Assembly: GCF_003334335.1 (NCBI RefSeq)
Contig: NZ_QOWQ01000002.1
DNA length: 64,000 bases
Source: Escherichia coli
GTDB lineage: Bacteria > Pseudomonadota > Gammaproteobacteria > Enterobacterales > Enterobacteriaceae
Strand: one strand, 5' to 3'
Below the pieces are notes generated by a model that saw nothing but the letters and a program-made list of their open reading frames with translations, ran no database searches and was not told the DNA's origin. Position 1 is the first letter of the stretch, and each line of letters begins with the position of its first letter. This document shows positions 18,157 through 28,074 of this stretch, piece by piece. The position numbers and the translations under genes are program-made.

Positions 18157-19479
18157 TCAGAACAGCGTTAAACCAATGACGAAAATGACACCGGAGAAGA
18201 GCAGGGCAGTGATGCAGTAGCCCATGATGTCGCGGACACCGAGTCCGGCGATTGCCAGTGCTGGCAGCGCCCAGAATGGTTGTGCCATGTTCATCCATTG
18301 CTCGCCGTAGGCGATCGCCATTACCGATTTACCGAGATCAGCGCCCAGCGCCTGGGCTGCGGGTATCACGAAAGGTCCCTGAATAACCCAGTGACCGCCG
18401 CCAGACGGAACGGCGAAGTTAATCAGTGCAGAACTAAAAAAGGTCATTACCGGGAAGGTGTCTTTGTTCGCAACATTGATGAAGAATTCGGTAATGAGTC
18501 CGCCCAGACCGGAATGCTCCATCATCAGTTGGATCCCAGCGTAGAAGGGGAATTGCACCAGAATACCGGCAGTACTGCGTGCTGCCGCGCTGATAGCACG
18601 CATATAAGCCATTGGCGTTTTATGTAGCAGCAGACCCGCAATCATAAACATCAGGTTGACGGTATTGATGGTGATGTTGAAGCCATGTTCGCTGAAGTAC
18701 ATCGCAAGGTAAGCGATACCGAGTGCGCCGATGATCAACGTCAGAATGCGGCTTTCTTCCAGTCGCTCGGATGGTGGGGCATCTTTCGGTAGCTGCTTTT
18801 GAAAATCAGCCTCTTCCATGAGTAGTTTTGGATCGATACTCACCACGTCAGACGGTTTTGGCATCATCATGCGGGTGATAAATGGCATCACCACAATCAA
18901 CGCCACAGTGATGAAAATGTTAAAACCACTGAACAGAGTATCGCCCACCGGGATCAGCCCGGCGATATGCTCAACCGGGTTGCCCGGTGTTGCAGCCAAC
19001 AGAGGCATTGATCCAGAGAAGCCGCCACCCCAGGTGAGAAAACCAATGTAGGCGCAGGCAATGAGCAACGGATAATCAGAACCGGGGACTCGCCGGGCGA
19101 CTTCACGGGCAAACATTGCGCCGACAACCAAACCAAATCCCCAGTTGATGACACAAGCGACTGAACCGAAGAAAGTGACCAGCATGACGCCCTGTACGGG
19201 CGTCTTTGCGGCGGAGGCGGCAGTACGCAGCAAACTTTTCACCGGAGCAGAGCTGGCAAGGGCATGACCGGTAACGATGATAAGCGCCATCTGCATACCA
19301 AACGCCAGCAAGTTCCAGAAACCGTCACCCCACATTTTCACCATGCTGATCGGCGTTTGTGGTGTTAACCAAAGCGCGATCACGAATGTTAGCAATGTCA
19401 GCAACATGGCAAAGATCAGTGGATCGGGAAGCCACCGGCTGACAAAACGCGTCATAAAACGCGATATGCGACCAATCAT
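18157..19479 (-). CDS. atoE: Short-chain fatty acid transporter, 440 aa
   Basis: Full ORF, multi-pass membrane protein; operon position between atoA and atoB. Confidence 0.93.
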   Translation of the reverse strand: MIGRISRFMTRFVSRWLPDPLIFAMLLTLLTFVIALWLTPQTPISMVKMWGDGFWNLLAFGMQMALIIVTGHALASSAPVKSLLRTAASAAKTPVQGVMLVTFFGSVACVINWGFGLVVGAMFAREVARRVPGSDYPLLIACAYIGFLTWGGGFSGSMPLLAATPGNPVEHIAGLIPVGDTLFSGFNIFITVALIVVMPFITRMMMPKPSDVVSIDPKLLMEEADFQKQLPKDAPPSERLEESRILTLIIGALGIAYLAMYFSEHGFNITINTVNLMFMIAGLLLHKTPMAYMRAISAAARSTAGILVQFPFYAGIQLMMEHSGLGGLITEFFINVANKDTFPVMTFFSSALINFAVPSGGGHWVIQGPFVIPAAQALGADLGKSVMAIAYGEQWMNMAQPFWALPALAIAGLGVRDIMGYCITALLFSGVIFVIGLTLF

Positions 19480-20126
19480 AAATCACCCCGTTGCGTATTC
19501 AGATCGGCGGCGACTTCAAACCGAGCTTCTGTTTTGGCACGCACGGTGGCTAAATCACACCCGTCGGCAATTTCGGTGAGCCACATTTTGCCGTCAATAA
19601 AACGAAAGACAGCCAGTTCAGTAACCAGCATATGCACCGCATGTTGCGCAGTGAGTGGCATGGTGCAGCGGCGCAAAATTTTTGCTGAACCATCTTTGGC
19701 GCAATGTTCCATGGCGATGATCACTTTGCGCGACCCGGTCACCAGATCCATCGCGCCACCCATACCGGGCACCATTTTCCCAGGCACTACCCAGTTCGCG
19801 AGGTTTGCTTCTTCGTCTACTTGCAAACCGCCGAGCACGCAGGCATCAATATGACCGCCACGGATTAGCGCAAATGACATGGCGCTATCAAACATGGCTG
19901 CACCGGGTAAAACACCGCACGGTTGCCCGCCAGCGTTCACCAGATCTGGATGCGCTGTCGTGACCGGGCCTAAACCGAGGAAGCCGTTTTCCGATTGCAG
20001 AGTGATATGAATACCCTCCGGTAAATAATTGGCGACCATTGTGGGTAAACCGATCCCTAAGTTAACGATGTCACCATCACGAAGCTCTTGCGCCACACGG
20101 CGCGCAATACGTTGTTTCGCATCCAT
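19476..20126 (-). CDS. atoA: Acetate/acetoacetate CoA-transferase beta subunit, 216 aa
   Basis: Full ORF; 4-nt overlap with atoE. Confidence 0.95.
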   Translation of the reverse strand: MDAKQRIARRVAQELRDGDIVNLGIGLPTMVANYLPEGIHITLQSENGFLGLGPVTTAHPDLVNAGGQPCGVLPGAAMFDSAMSFALIRGGHIDACVLGGLQVDEEANLANWVVPGKMVPGMGGAMDLVTGSRKVIIAMEHCAKDGSAKILRRCTMPLTAQHAVHMLVTELAVFRFIDGKMWLTEIADGCDLATVRAKTEARFEVAADLNTQRGDL

Positions 20127-20788
20127 TATTTGCTCTCCTGTGAAACGATGATGTAGTCGATAACGGCACCAGGGGTGACAATATGGTCAGGTTGCAGCTC
20201 GCCGGTTTCGACCAGTTCATCTGGCTCTACCAGCGTGATATCAGCCGCAAGGGCTATCAGGGGGTTAAAGTTGCGGGCGCTAAGTTGATAGGTCAGGTTG
20301 CCAAGTGTGTCGCAACGATGAGCGCGAATTAGCGCCAGGTCGGCGCGCAGTGGGCGTTCGAGCAGCCAGGTTTTACCGTCGAGTGTCAGTGTCTGTTTGC
20401 CTTCCTCTACGACGGTGCCGACACCCGTTGGGGTGAGAAAACCACCAAGTCCAGCTCCACCACAGCGAATTTGCTCGATTAGCGTACCTTGCGGCACCAG
20501 AACGACGTCCATCTCACCAGATATCATGCGCCGACCTGTTTCCGGGTTGGTGCCGATATGTGAAGCAATCACTTTGCGGACTCGACCATTGACGATGAGC
20601 GGACCGATGCCGGTATCAACAAACGCGGTATCATTGGCTATCAATGTCAGGTCGCGAACACCAGATTCCAGTAATGCTTCAACCAGGCGGGATGGAGTGC
20701 CAATCCCCATAAATCCGCCCACCATGATGGTCATGCCGTCACGAAAGAAGCCGGTGGCGTCTTGTAATGTCATCAATTTTGTTTTCAT
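20126..20788 (-). CDS. atoD: Acetate/acetoacetate CoA-transferase alpha subunit, 220 aa
   Basis: Full ORF; 1-nt overlap with atoA; SD GAGGG upstream. Confidence 0.95.
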   Translation of the reverse strand: MKTKLMTLQDATGFFRDGMTIMVGGFMGIGTPSRLVEALLESGVRDLTLIANDTAFVDTGIGPLIVNGRVRKVIASHIGTNPETGRRMISGEMDVVLVPQGTLIEQIRCGGAGLGGFLTPTGVGTVVEEGKQTLTLDGKTWLLERPLRADLALIRAHRCDTLGNLTYQLSARNFNPLIALAADITLVEPDELVETGELQPDHIVTPGAVIDYIIVSQESK

Positions 20789-20833
20789 TTTTTATCCCTC
20801 TTGCATACACCGTTGTGGGTACAGTCAGGCAAT

Positions 20834-20849
20834 AGCAAGGGGAGTGCCA
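20834..20849 (-). promoter_or_regulatory. Sigma-54 (-24/-12) promoter of atoDAEB
   Basis: Minus strand reads TGGCAC-tcccc-TTGCT, matching TGGCAC-N5-TTGCW; about 45 nt upstream of the atoD ATG. Confidence 0.8.
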
Positions 20850-20931
20850 GAATGAGATTATTGGATTTAGTTATTTAACTAATTGAATATGAAGGGATAA
20901 ATTGGATGGGGATTTATAAGGAGAATGAGCG

Positions 20932-20972
20932 GCTATGCAGAAAATTGCGCACTGTGCAAATTTCTGCATAGC
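20932..20972. promoter_or_regulatory. AtoC upstream activator site: inverted 20-bp repeat
   Basis: gctatgcagaaaattgcgca / ctgtgcaaatttctgcatagc, arms 18/20 complementary, centred about 110 bp upstream of the sigma-54 promoter. Confidence 0.75.
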
Positions 20973-20983
20973 AAGTTTTGGTG

Positions 20984-22369
20984 TTATACATCCGCCGGAT
21001 CGATACCGTATTCCTGGAGTTTATACATCAATGCACGGCGACTGATGCCCAGCATTAAAGCAGTGCGGGTTCGGTTTCCTTCTTGTTGTTCCAGCACTTC
21101 CATAATGATGCGTTTTTCGACGCGTTTAATTTCCTCTTTTAAATTACGCTCACCGACAGGGGCTGTTTTTACCTCGCCAGCATTACAGACTGGCTGACGA
21201 ATCTGTGGCGGAAGATCCTCAGAAAAAATGATCGGGCCTGAATTCATCACGACGGCGCGTTCAATAACGTTGGAAAGCTCTCGAATATTTCCCGGCCATG
21301 ACCAGGCGGTAAGCAGTGACATTGCCATCGGATCGATGTCGATAATATCGCGCTGATTCTCACTACTGAATTTTTGCAAAAAGTGATTAGCTAACAGGGA
21401 AATATCTTCCCGGCGATCGCGCAGAGGCGGCAGTATTAAATGAATAACGTTAAGGCGATAAAAGAGATCTTCACGGAAGGTGCCTTCTTTTACCATTGCC
21501 TGCAAGTCGCGGTTGGTGGCAGCAATGATGCGGATATCAACTTTTATGGTCTGATGGCCGCCAATCCGTTCAAATTCCCGTTCCTGTAGAATGCGTAGTA
21601 ATTTGGCTTGTAGTACCAGCGGCATTTCGCCAATTTCGTCGAGGAGCAGAGTACCTTCGTTGGCTCGTTCAAATAATCCCTGACGCAAGGTTTGTGCACC
21701 AGTAAATGCACCTTTTTCATGACCAAACAGTTCACTTTCGAGCAACGATTCCGGCAGCGCCGCGCAGTTGACTTTAATGAACGGCCCCTTTGCCCGCCGC
21801 GAATTGTAGTGAATCGCTCTGGCAATCAACTCTTTCCCGGTGCCGCTTTCACCGCTAATCAAGACGCTGGCCTGAGAAAGGGCAATTTTGGCGGTGTCTT
21901 TGCAGATGTCCATCATCGCCGGGCTGTTGGTGAGAATGTGCCCCCATTGCCAGCTGGTGCTCAGTGCCTGGTGCAGATGACGGATCTCTTTTTTCATTGA
22001 CTGGAGTTGTAAAGCGCGCTGAACGATTAAATTCAACTCATCGAGATCAAACGGTTTAATAACATAGTCGAAGGCTCCGCAGCGTAGCGCTTCGACGGCG
22101 GTTTCCACTTCCGCATAGGCCGTCATCAGAATAACGGGTGTCCGGGTCTCATGGCTGCGCATCTCCTTTAGTGCCTTGATGCCGTCCATCTCTGGCATGC
22201 GGATATCCATCAACACCACATCAGGGTGAATATCGGCAAACAGGTGTAATGCTGTGCGTCCGTTGTTCGCACAATGTGTTTCGAATCCTTGTAGTGCAAA
22301 AGCGGTGCTCAGCATACGGCGAACATTATCTTCATCATCCACAATAAGGATGCGATTAATAGCAGTCAT
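20984..22369 (-). CDS. atoC: Sigma-54-dependent response regulator (NtrC family), 461 aa
   Basis: Receiver domain, AAA+ motifs GESGTGKE and GAFTGA, C-terminal HTH. Confidence 0.95.
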   Translation of the reverse strand: MTAINRILIVDDEDNVRRMLSTAFALQGFETHCANNGRTALHLFADIHPDVVLMDIRMPEMDGIKALKEMRSHETRTPVILMTAYAEVETAVEALRCGAFDYVIKPFDLDELNLIVQRALQLQSMKKEIRHLHQALSTSWQWGHILTNSPAMMDICKDTAKIALSQASVLISGESGTGKELIARAIHYNSRRAKGPFIKVNCAALPESLLESELFGHEKGAFTGAQTLRQGLFERANEGTLLLDEIGEMPLVLQAKLLRILQEREFERIGGHQTIKVDIRIIAATNRDLQAMVKEGTFREDLFYRLNVIHLILPPLRDRREDISLLANHFLQKFSSENQRDIIDIDPMAMSLLTAWSWPGNIRELSNVIERAVVMNSGPIIFSEDLPPQIRQPVCNAGEVKTAPVGERNLKEEIKRVEKRIIMEVLEQQEGNRTRTALMLGISRRALMYKLQEYGIDPADV

Positions 22370-24192
22370 ACAGTCTGATTTCCCTGCGGGTTGATCGGTA
22401 AAATAAGCGTGAAGGTTGCGCCGTAGCCCGGCAAACTGGCGACGCGAATATCACCCTGATGGGCATTAATGATGCGTTGACTTAACGCCAGACCAAGCCC
22501 GGTTCCTGAGGCTTTGGTGGTGAAAAAGGGATCGAAGATCTTTTTTTGCAGCGAGAGATCAATGCCACAGCCGTTGTCCTCTATCGAAATGGCCTGTTGT
22601 GAGTCGCTGTATTGCCAGGTTTGAATGCGAATTTTCCCTCGTGCGCTGATAGCCTGGACGGCATTGATCAGGATATTCAGTAGTACCTGTTTGAGCAGTT
22701 CACGATCGGCGTTAATCGGGCTTAATTCATTATCCAGTTCGCTTATGAAGTCGACCCGCGCTTGTACGCCGGCGGTTTGTACCAGTACCAGAGTTTCTTC
22801 AACCAATGCATTGAGGCTGACTTGTTGCCATTGACTGTGGCGTGGACGTGAAAATTCGAGCAATTGCTGAATAACTTTGTTAATTGAATCGATTTCTTTG
22901 AGTACTACGGACAGATATTCCTGATGTATTGGGTCACTGGTTTGTTGGCGCAAGATCTGTACATAACCACGAATAGCCGTTAACGGATTACGTACTTCAT
23001 GCGCGACGCCAGCCATCAGCTCACCCAGTGTGGCGAGGCGTTCTGCTTGCGCCATGCGGCGCTGGGTTTCTTTGCGGGCAGTTAAATCAGAGAAAATCAC
23101 CAAAGCACCTATCATTTCACCGTGCGTGTTATGAATACGACTGGTAGTGACACTGAGTTCAATGGTGCGGTCACGACCTGGAAAACTGATCTCCAGCGCC
23201 ACATGTTCGGTGCCATGTTCCAGCGTATCCAGTACTGGACTGTAGAACTGAGTATTGTCGAACAACATGGAGTAAGGCTGCCCTACCAGTTCATGGCGTT
23301 GATAGCCAGTGATAACTTCTGCTGCTGGGTTCATGGTGGTTACATCACCCTGGCGGTCAATGGCAATGACGCCATCGGCAGCGTTTTCAATAATCAGATC
23401 GTTAAGTGTCCGCGTTTCACGCAGTGCCTGGGCGAGGTTATTAACACTCTGACTGATTTGCCCCATTTCACCGGGCAATTGTGGTAATCGAGTGGGAATA
23501 TTTTGTGCCAGAGTCGAGAGGCCATCGGTGATGATATCAATATTGGCGCTCAGGCGACGGGAGAAAAGGACAATCAACAGCAGGCTTATCAGCAAACCAG
23601 CGGTTAGCACAATGATAATCCTCACATCCATTTTCCAGGCCTGGCGGCGAATATCTTCGGTTAATTCATTGGCCCAGATATAGCCGAGGATTTCACCATT
23701 ACGCTCAATGGGGAGCATTGAATTCAAAATATCGCCGCGCACCTGCCTGCCTGAATAAACTAAAGGGGTATTTGTACGCATCACTTCGCGACCAGGGTGA
23801 TCTGCGGCAATGGTAACGCCGACATTATTCTGATATAGCGCTGAAGGCGCGTAGGTGATTATCGCATCCAGCATTTTGTTGTAATAACCAGCACCGATGC
23901 CAGGGAAGGCGTGAGTGATATTTTCGGTAATGGGGGCAAGTTCTGCATTTAATGCGCGGATACGCTCCTCACGTGGTAAGTCGATGTAGAGATCATAGCG
24001 ATCGCCTAGTGCCTGATTAAGCAGGTTGACCACGGCAGAAAGTTTTTTCTCTTTTTCAGATAAGACTGCTGAACGTCCTTCCGTTTCTACGATATAACCA
24101 ATAGTAAGCGTTGGGACAATGACCATCAGGATTGCCATCAGGATCATTTGATTGCGTAAGCGGCGTGGATAAATCCACTTCATATAATGCAT
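22366..24192 (-). CDS. atoS: Sensor histidine kinase, 608 aa
   Basis: Track ORF trimmed to MHYMKW start; H-box HEVRNPL and ATPase motifs; 4-nt overlap with atoC. Confidence 0.9.
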   Translation of the reverse strand: MHYMKWIYPRRLRNQMILMAILMVIVPTLTIGYIVETEGRSAVLSEKEKKLSAVVNLLNQALGDRYDLYIDLPREERIRALNAELAPITENITHAFPGIGAGYYNKMLDAIITYAPSALYQNNVGVTIAADHPGREVMRTNTPLVYSGRQVRGDILNSMLPIERNGEILGYIWANELTEDIRRQAWKMDVRIIIVLTAGLLISLLLIVLFSRRLSANIDIITDGLSTLAQNIPTRLPQLPGEMGQISQSVNNLAQALRETRTLNDLIIENAADGVIAIDRQGDVTTMNPAAEVITGYQRHELVGQPYSMLFDNTQFYSPVLDTLEHGTEHVALEISFPGRDRTIELSVTTSRIHNTHGEMIGALVIFSDLTARKETQRRMAQAERLATLGELMAGVAHEVRNPLTAIRGYVQILRQQTSDPIHQEYLSVVLKEIDSINKVIQQLLEFSRPRHSQWQQVSLNALVEETLVLVQTAGVQARVDFISELDNELSPINADRELLKQVLLNILINAVQAISARGKIRIQTWQYSDSQQAISIEDNGCGIDLSLQKKIFDPFFTTKASGTGLGLALSQRIINAHQGDIRVASLPGYGATFTLILPINPQGNQTV

Positions 24193-24358
24193 GCTGAAAT
24201 CCACTAGTCTTGTCCGGTATATGACGATTATCAGAGGTTAAGGTGATGATTTCTCGGCGGTGTATCATATTCCAGAGAAGAGAGAACATTGCGGTAACAC
24301 GCTTTTACCGCTACCTTAACCACACTCCATCGGTCACCTGAGGCGGAGCTTCGCCCCT

Positions 24359-27205
24359 TTGAAATACCTTGCTTCTTTTCGTACAACCCTGAAAGCCTCG
24401 CGCTACATGTTCAGAGCATTGGCGTTAGTGCTCTGGCTGTTGATTGCTTTTTCATCCGTTTTTTACATCGTTAATGCGTTACATCAGCGAGAATCGGAAA
24501 TTCGTCAGGAATTTAATCTGAGTTCCGATCAGGCTCAGCGCTTTATTCAACGCACCTCTGATGTGATGAAAGAGCTGAAGTACATCGCCGAAAATCGCTT
24601 ATCGGCAGAAAACGGTGTGCTTTCCCCGCGTGGACGAGAAACGCAGGCGGATGTGCCTGCGTTTGAACCGCTGTTTGCCGACTCCGATTGTTCCGCAATG
24701 AGTAACACCTGGCGAGGTTCTCTGGAGTCATTGGCGTGGTTTATGCGCTACTGGCGCGATAATTTTTCTGCGGCTTACGATCTAAACCGGGTATTTTTAA
24801 TCGGCAGCGATAACCTCTGCATGGCCAATTTCGGTCTGCGTGATATGCCAGTGGAACGCGATACCGCGTTGAAAGCTTTGCATGAACGCATCAATAAATA
24901 TCGAAATGCACCACAAGATGATAGCGGCAGTAACCTCTACTGGATCAGCGAAGGTCCGCGCCCTGGCGTCGGGTATTTTTACGCGTTGACGCCAGTTTAT
25001 CTGGCGAACCGGTTGCAGGCGCTTTTGGGTGTCGAGCAGACCATCCGGATGGAGAACTTTTTCTTACCGGGTACGTTGCCGATGGGGGTTACCATTCTTG
25101 ATGAAAATGGTCATACCCTGATTTCGCTTACCGGACCAGAAAGTAAAATTAAGGGCGATCCTCGCTGGATGCAGGAACGCTCCTGGTTTGGCTATACGGA
25201 AGGGTTCCGGGAGCTGGTGCTGAAGAAAAATCTGCCACCCTCATCGCTAAGCATCGTGTATTCGGTGCCGGTTGATAAGGTGCTGGAACGCATTCGCATG
25301 TTGATCCTTAACGCAATTTTGCTGAATGTGCTTGCCGGAGCTGCATTGTTTACTCTCGCACGGATGTACGAGCGACGTATTTTCATTCCGGCGGAAAGCG
25401 ACGCCCTGCGACTGGAAGAACATGAGCAGTTCAATCGCAAGATTGTCGCCTCCGCGCCAGTGGGTATCTGCATTTTGCGTACCGCTGATGGCGTCAATAT
25501 TTTAAGTAACGAACTGGCGCATACCTATCTCAATATGCTTACGCATGAGGACCGCCAACGACTGACGCAAATTATCTGTGGGCAGCAGGTCAATTTTGTT
25601 GATGTCCTGACCAGCAACAATACCAATCTGCAAATCAGCTTCGTCCATTCGCGCTATCGTAATGAAAACGTGGCCATTTGTGTGCTGGTGGATGTTTCTT
25701 CGCGCGTGAAGATGGAAGAGTCGTTGCAGGAGATGGCACAAGCAGCGGAACAGGCGAGCCAGTCAAAATCGATGTTCCTTGCCACCGTCAGTCATGAGCT
25801 GCGAACGCCGCTGTATGGCATTATCGGTAACCTGGATCTGTTGCAAACCAAAGAGTTACCGAAAGGCGTCGATCGGCTGGTGACGGCAATGAACAACTCT
25901 TCCAGCCTGTTGTTGAAAATTATCAGCGATATTCTCGATTTCTCGAAGATTGAATCGGAACAGTTGAAGATCGAACCGCGTGAGTTTTCACCGCGTGAAG
26001 TGATGAACCACATCACCGCCAACTATTTACCGCTGGTGGTACGCAAGCAGTTAGGCTTGTACTGCTTTATTGAACCGGATGTGCCAGTGGCCTTAAATGG
26101 CGACCCGATGCGTTTACAGCAGGTCATCTCCAACCTGTTGAGTAACGCCATAAAATTCACCGATACCGGCTGTATAGTTTTGCATGTTCGCGCGGATGGC
26201 GATTATCTCTCTATCCGTGTTCGCGATACCGGCGTGGGGATACCGGCGAAAGAAGTGGTGCGCTTGTTTGATCCCTTCTTCCAGGTCGGAACGGGCGTAC
26301 AGCGTAATTTCCAGGGGACCGGTCTGGGTCTGGCGATTTGTGAAAAACTGATCAGCATGATGGACGGCGATATCTCGGTAGATTCAGAACCGGGAATGGG
26401 CAGCCAGTTTACCGTGCGTATTCCGTTGTACGGCGCTCAGTACCCGCAGAAAAAAGGCGTGGAAGGGTTGAGTGGTAAACGCTGCTGGCTGGCGGTCCGC
26501 AATGCGTCGCTCTGTCAGTTCCTGGAAACCAGTTTGCAGCGCAGCGGCATCGTCGTTACAACATACGAAGGGCAGGAACCGACTCCCGAAGATGTGTTGA
26601 TCACTGACGAGGTAGTGAGTAAAAAATGGCAGGGCAGAGCGGTAGTGACCTTCTGTCGTCGCCATATTGGTATTCCGCTGGAGAAAGCGCCAGGGGAGTG
26701 GGTACACAGTGTGGCTGCTCCGCATGAGCTACCGGCATTGTTGGCGCGTATTTATTTGATCGAGATGGAGAGCGACGATCCTGCTAACGCTCTGCCGTCA
26801 ACGGACAAAGCGGTCAGCGATAATGACGATATGATGATTCTGGTCGTGGATGATCATCCGATTAACCGGCGTTTGCTGGCAGATCAGTTGGGATCGTTGG
26901 GCTATCAATGTAGAACCGCGAATGATGGCGTCGATGCGCTTAATGTACTTAGCAAGAATCATATTGATATCGTGCTTAGCGACGTCAACATGCCAAATAT
27001 GGATGGTTACCGCTTGACGCAACGCATTCGTCAGTTGGGACTGACGTTGCCGGTAATCGGAGTAACTGCTAATGCGTTGGCTGAAGAGAAGCAGCGGTGT
27101 CTGGAGTCCGGTATGGACAGCTGCCTGTCGAAGCCGGTAACGCTGGATGTGATAAAACAGACGCTGACGTTATATGCCGAGAGGGTCAGGAAATCGCGGG
27201 ATTCG

Positions 27206-27208
<3 letters not shown>
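24359..27208 (+). CDS. rcsC: Hybrid sensor kinase of the Rcs phosphorelay, 949 aa; TTG start
   Basis: Full ORF MKYLASF...; H-box HELRTPL; C-terminal receiver domain. Confidence 0.93.
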
Positions 27209-27401
<193 letters not shown>

Positions 27402-27407
27402 AGGTGA

Positions 27408-28058
27408 TTAGTCTTTATCTGCCGGACTTAAGGTCACTGAAGAGAGATAATTCAGCAGGGCGATATCGTTCTCGACACCCAGCTTCATCATCGCAGATTT
27501 CTTCTGGCTACTGATGGTTTTAATACTGCGGTTCAGCTTTTTAGCGATCTCGGTCACCAGGAAGCCTTCCGCAAACAGGCGCAGAACTTCACTCTCTTTT
27601 GGCGAGAGACGCTTGTCACCGTAACCACCAGCACTGATTTTTTCCAACAGGCGAGAAACGCTTTCCGGGGTAAATTTCTTCCCTTTCTGCAGCGCGGCGA
27701 GAGCTTTCGGCAGATCGGTCGGTGCACCTTGTTTCAGCACGATCCCTTCGATATCCAGATCCAATACCGCACTAAGAATCGCCGGGTTGTTGTTCATAGT
27801 CAGAACAATGATCGACAGGCTTGGGAAATGGCGCTTGATGTACTTGATTAAGGTAATGCCATCGCCGTACTTATCGCCAGGCATGGAGAGATCGGTAATC
27901 AACACATGCGCATCCAGTTTCGGCAGGTTGTTGATCAGTGCTGTAGAGTCTTCAAATTCGCCGACAACATTCACCCACTCAATTTGCTCAAGTGATTTGC
28001 GAATACCGAACAAGACTATCGGATGGTCATCGGCAATAATTACGTTCATATTGTTCAT
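27408..28058 (-). CDS. rcsB: Response regulator RcsB (LuxR/FixJ family), 216 aa
   Basis: Track ORF trimmed to MNNMNVIIADDHP start. Confidence 0.93.
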   Translation of the reverse strand: MNNMNVIIADDHPIVLFGIRKSLEQIEWVNVVGEFEDSTALINNLPKLDAHVLITDLSMPGDKYGDGITLIKYIKRHFPSLSIIVLTMNNNPAILSAVLDLDIEGIVLKQGAPTDLPKALAALQKGKKFTPESVSRLLEKISAGGYGDKRLSPKESEVLRLFAEGFLVTEIAKKLNRSIKTISSQKKSAMMKLGVENDIALLNYLSSVTLSPADKD

Positions 28059-28074
28059 GTAATAGGCTACCTTG

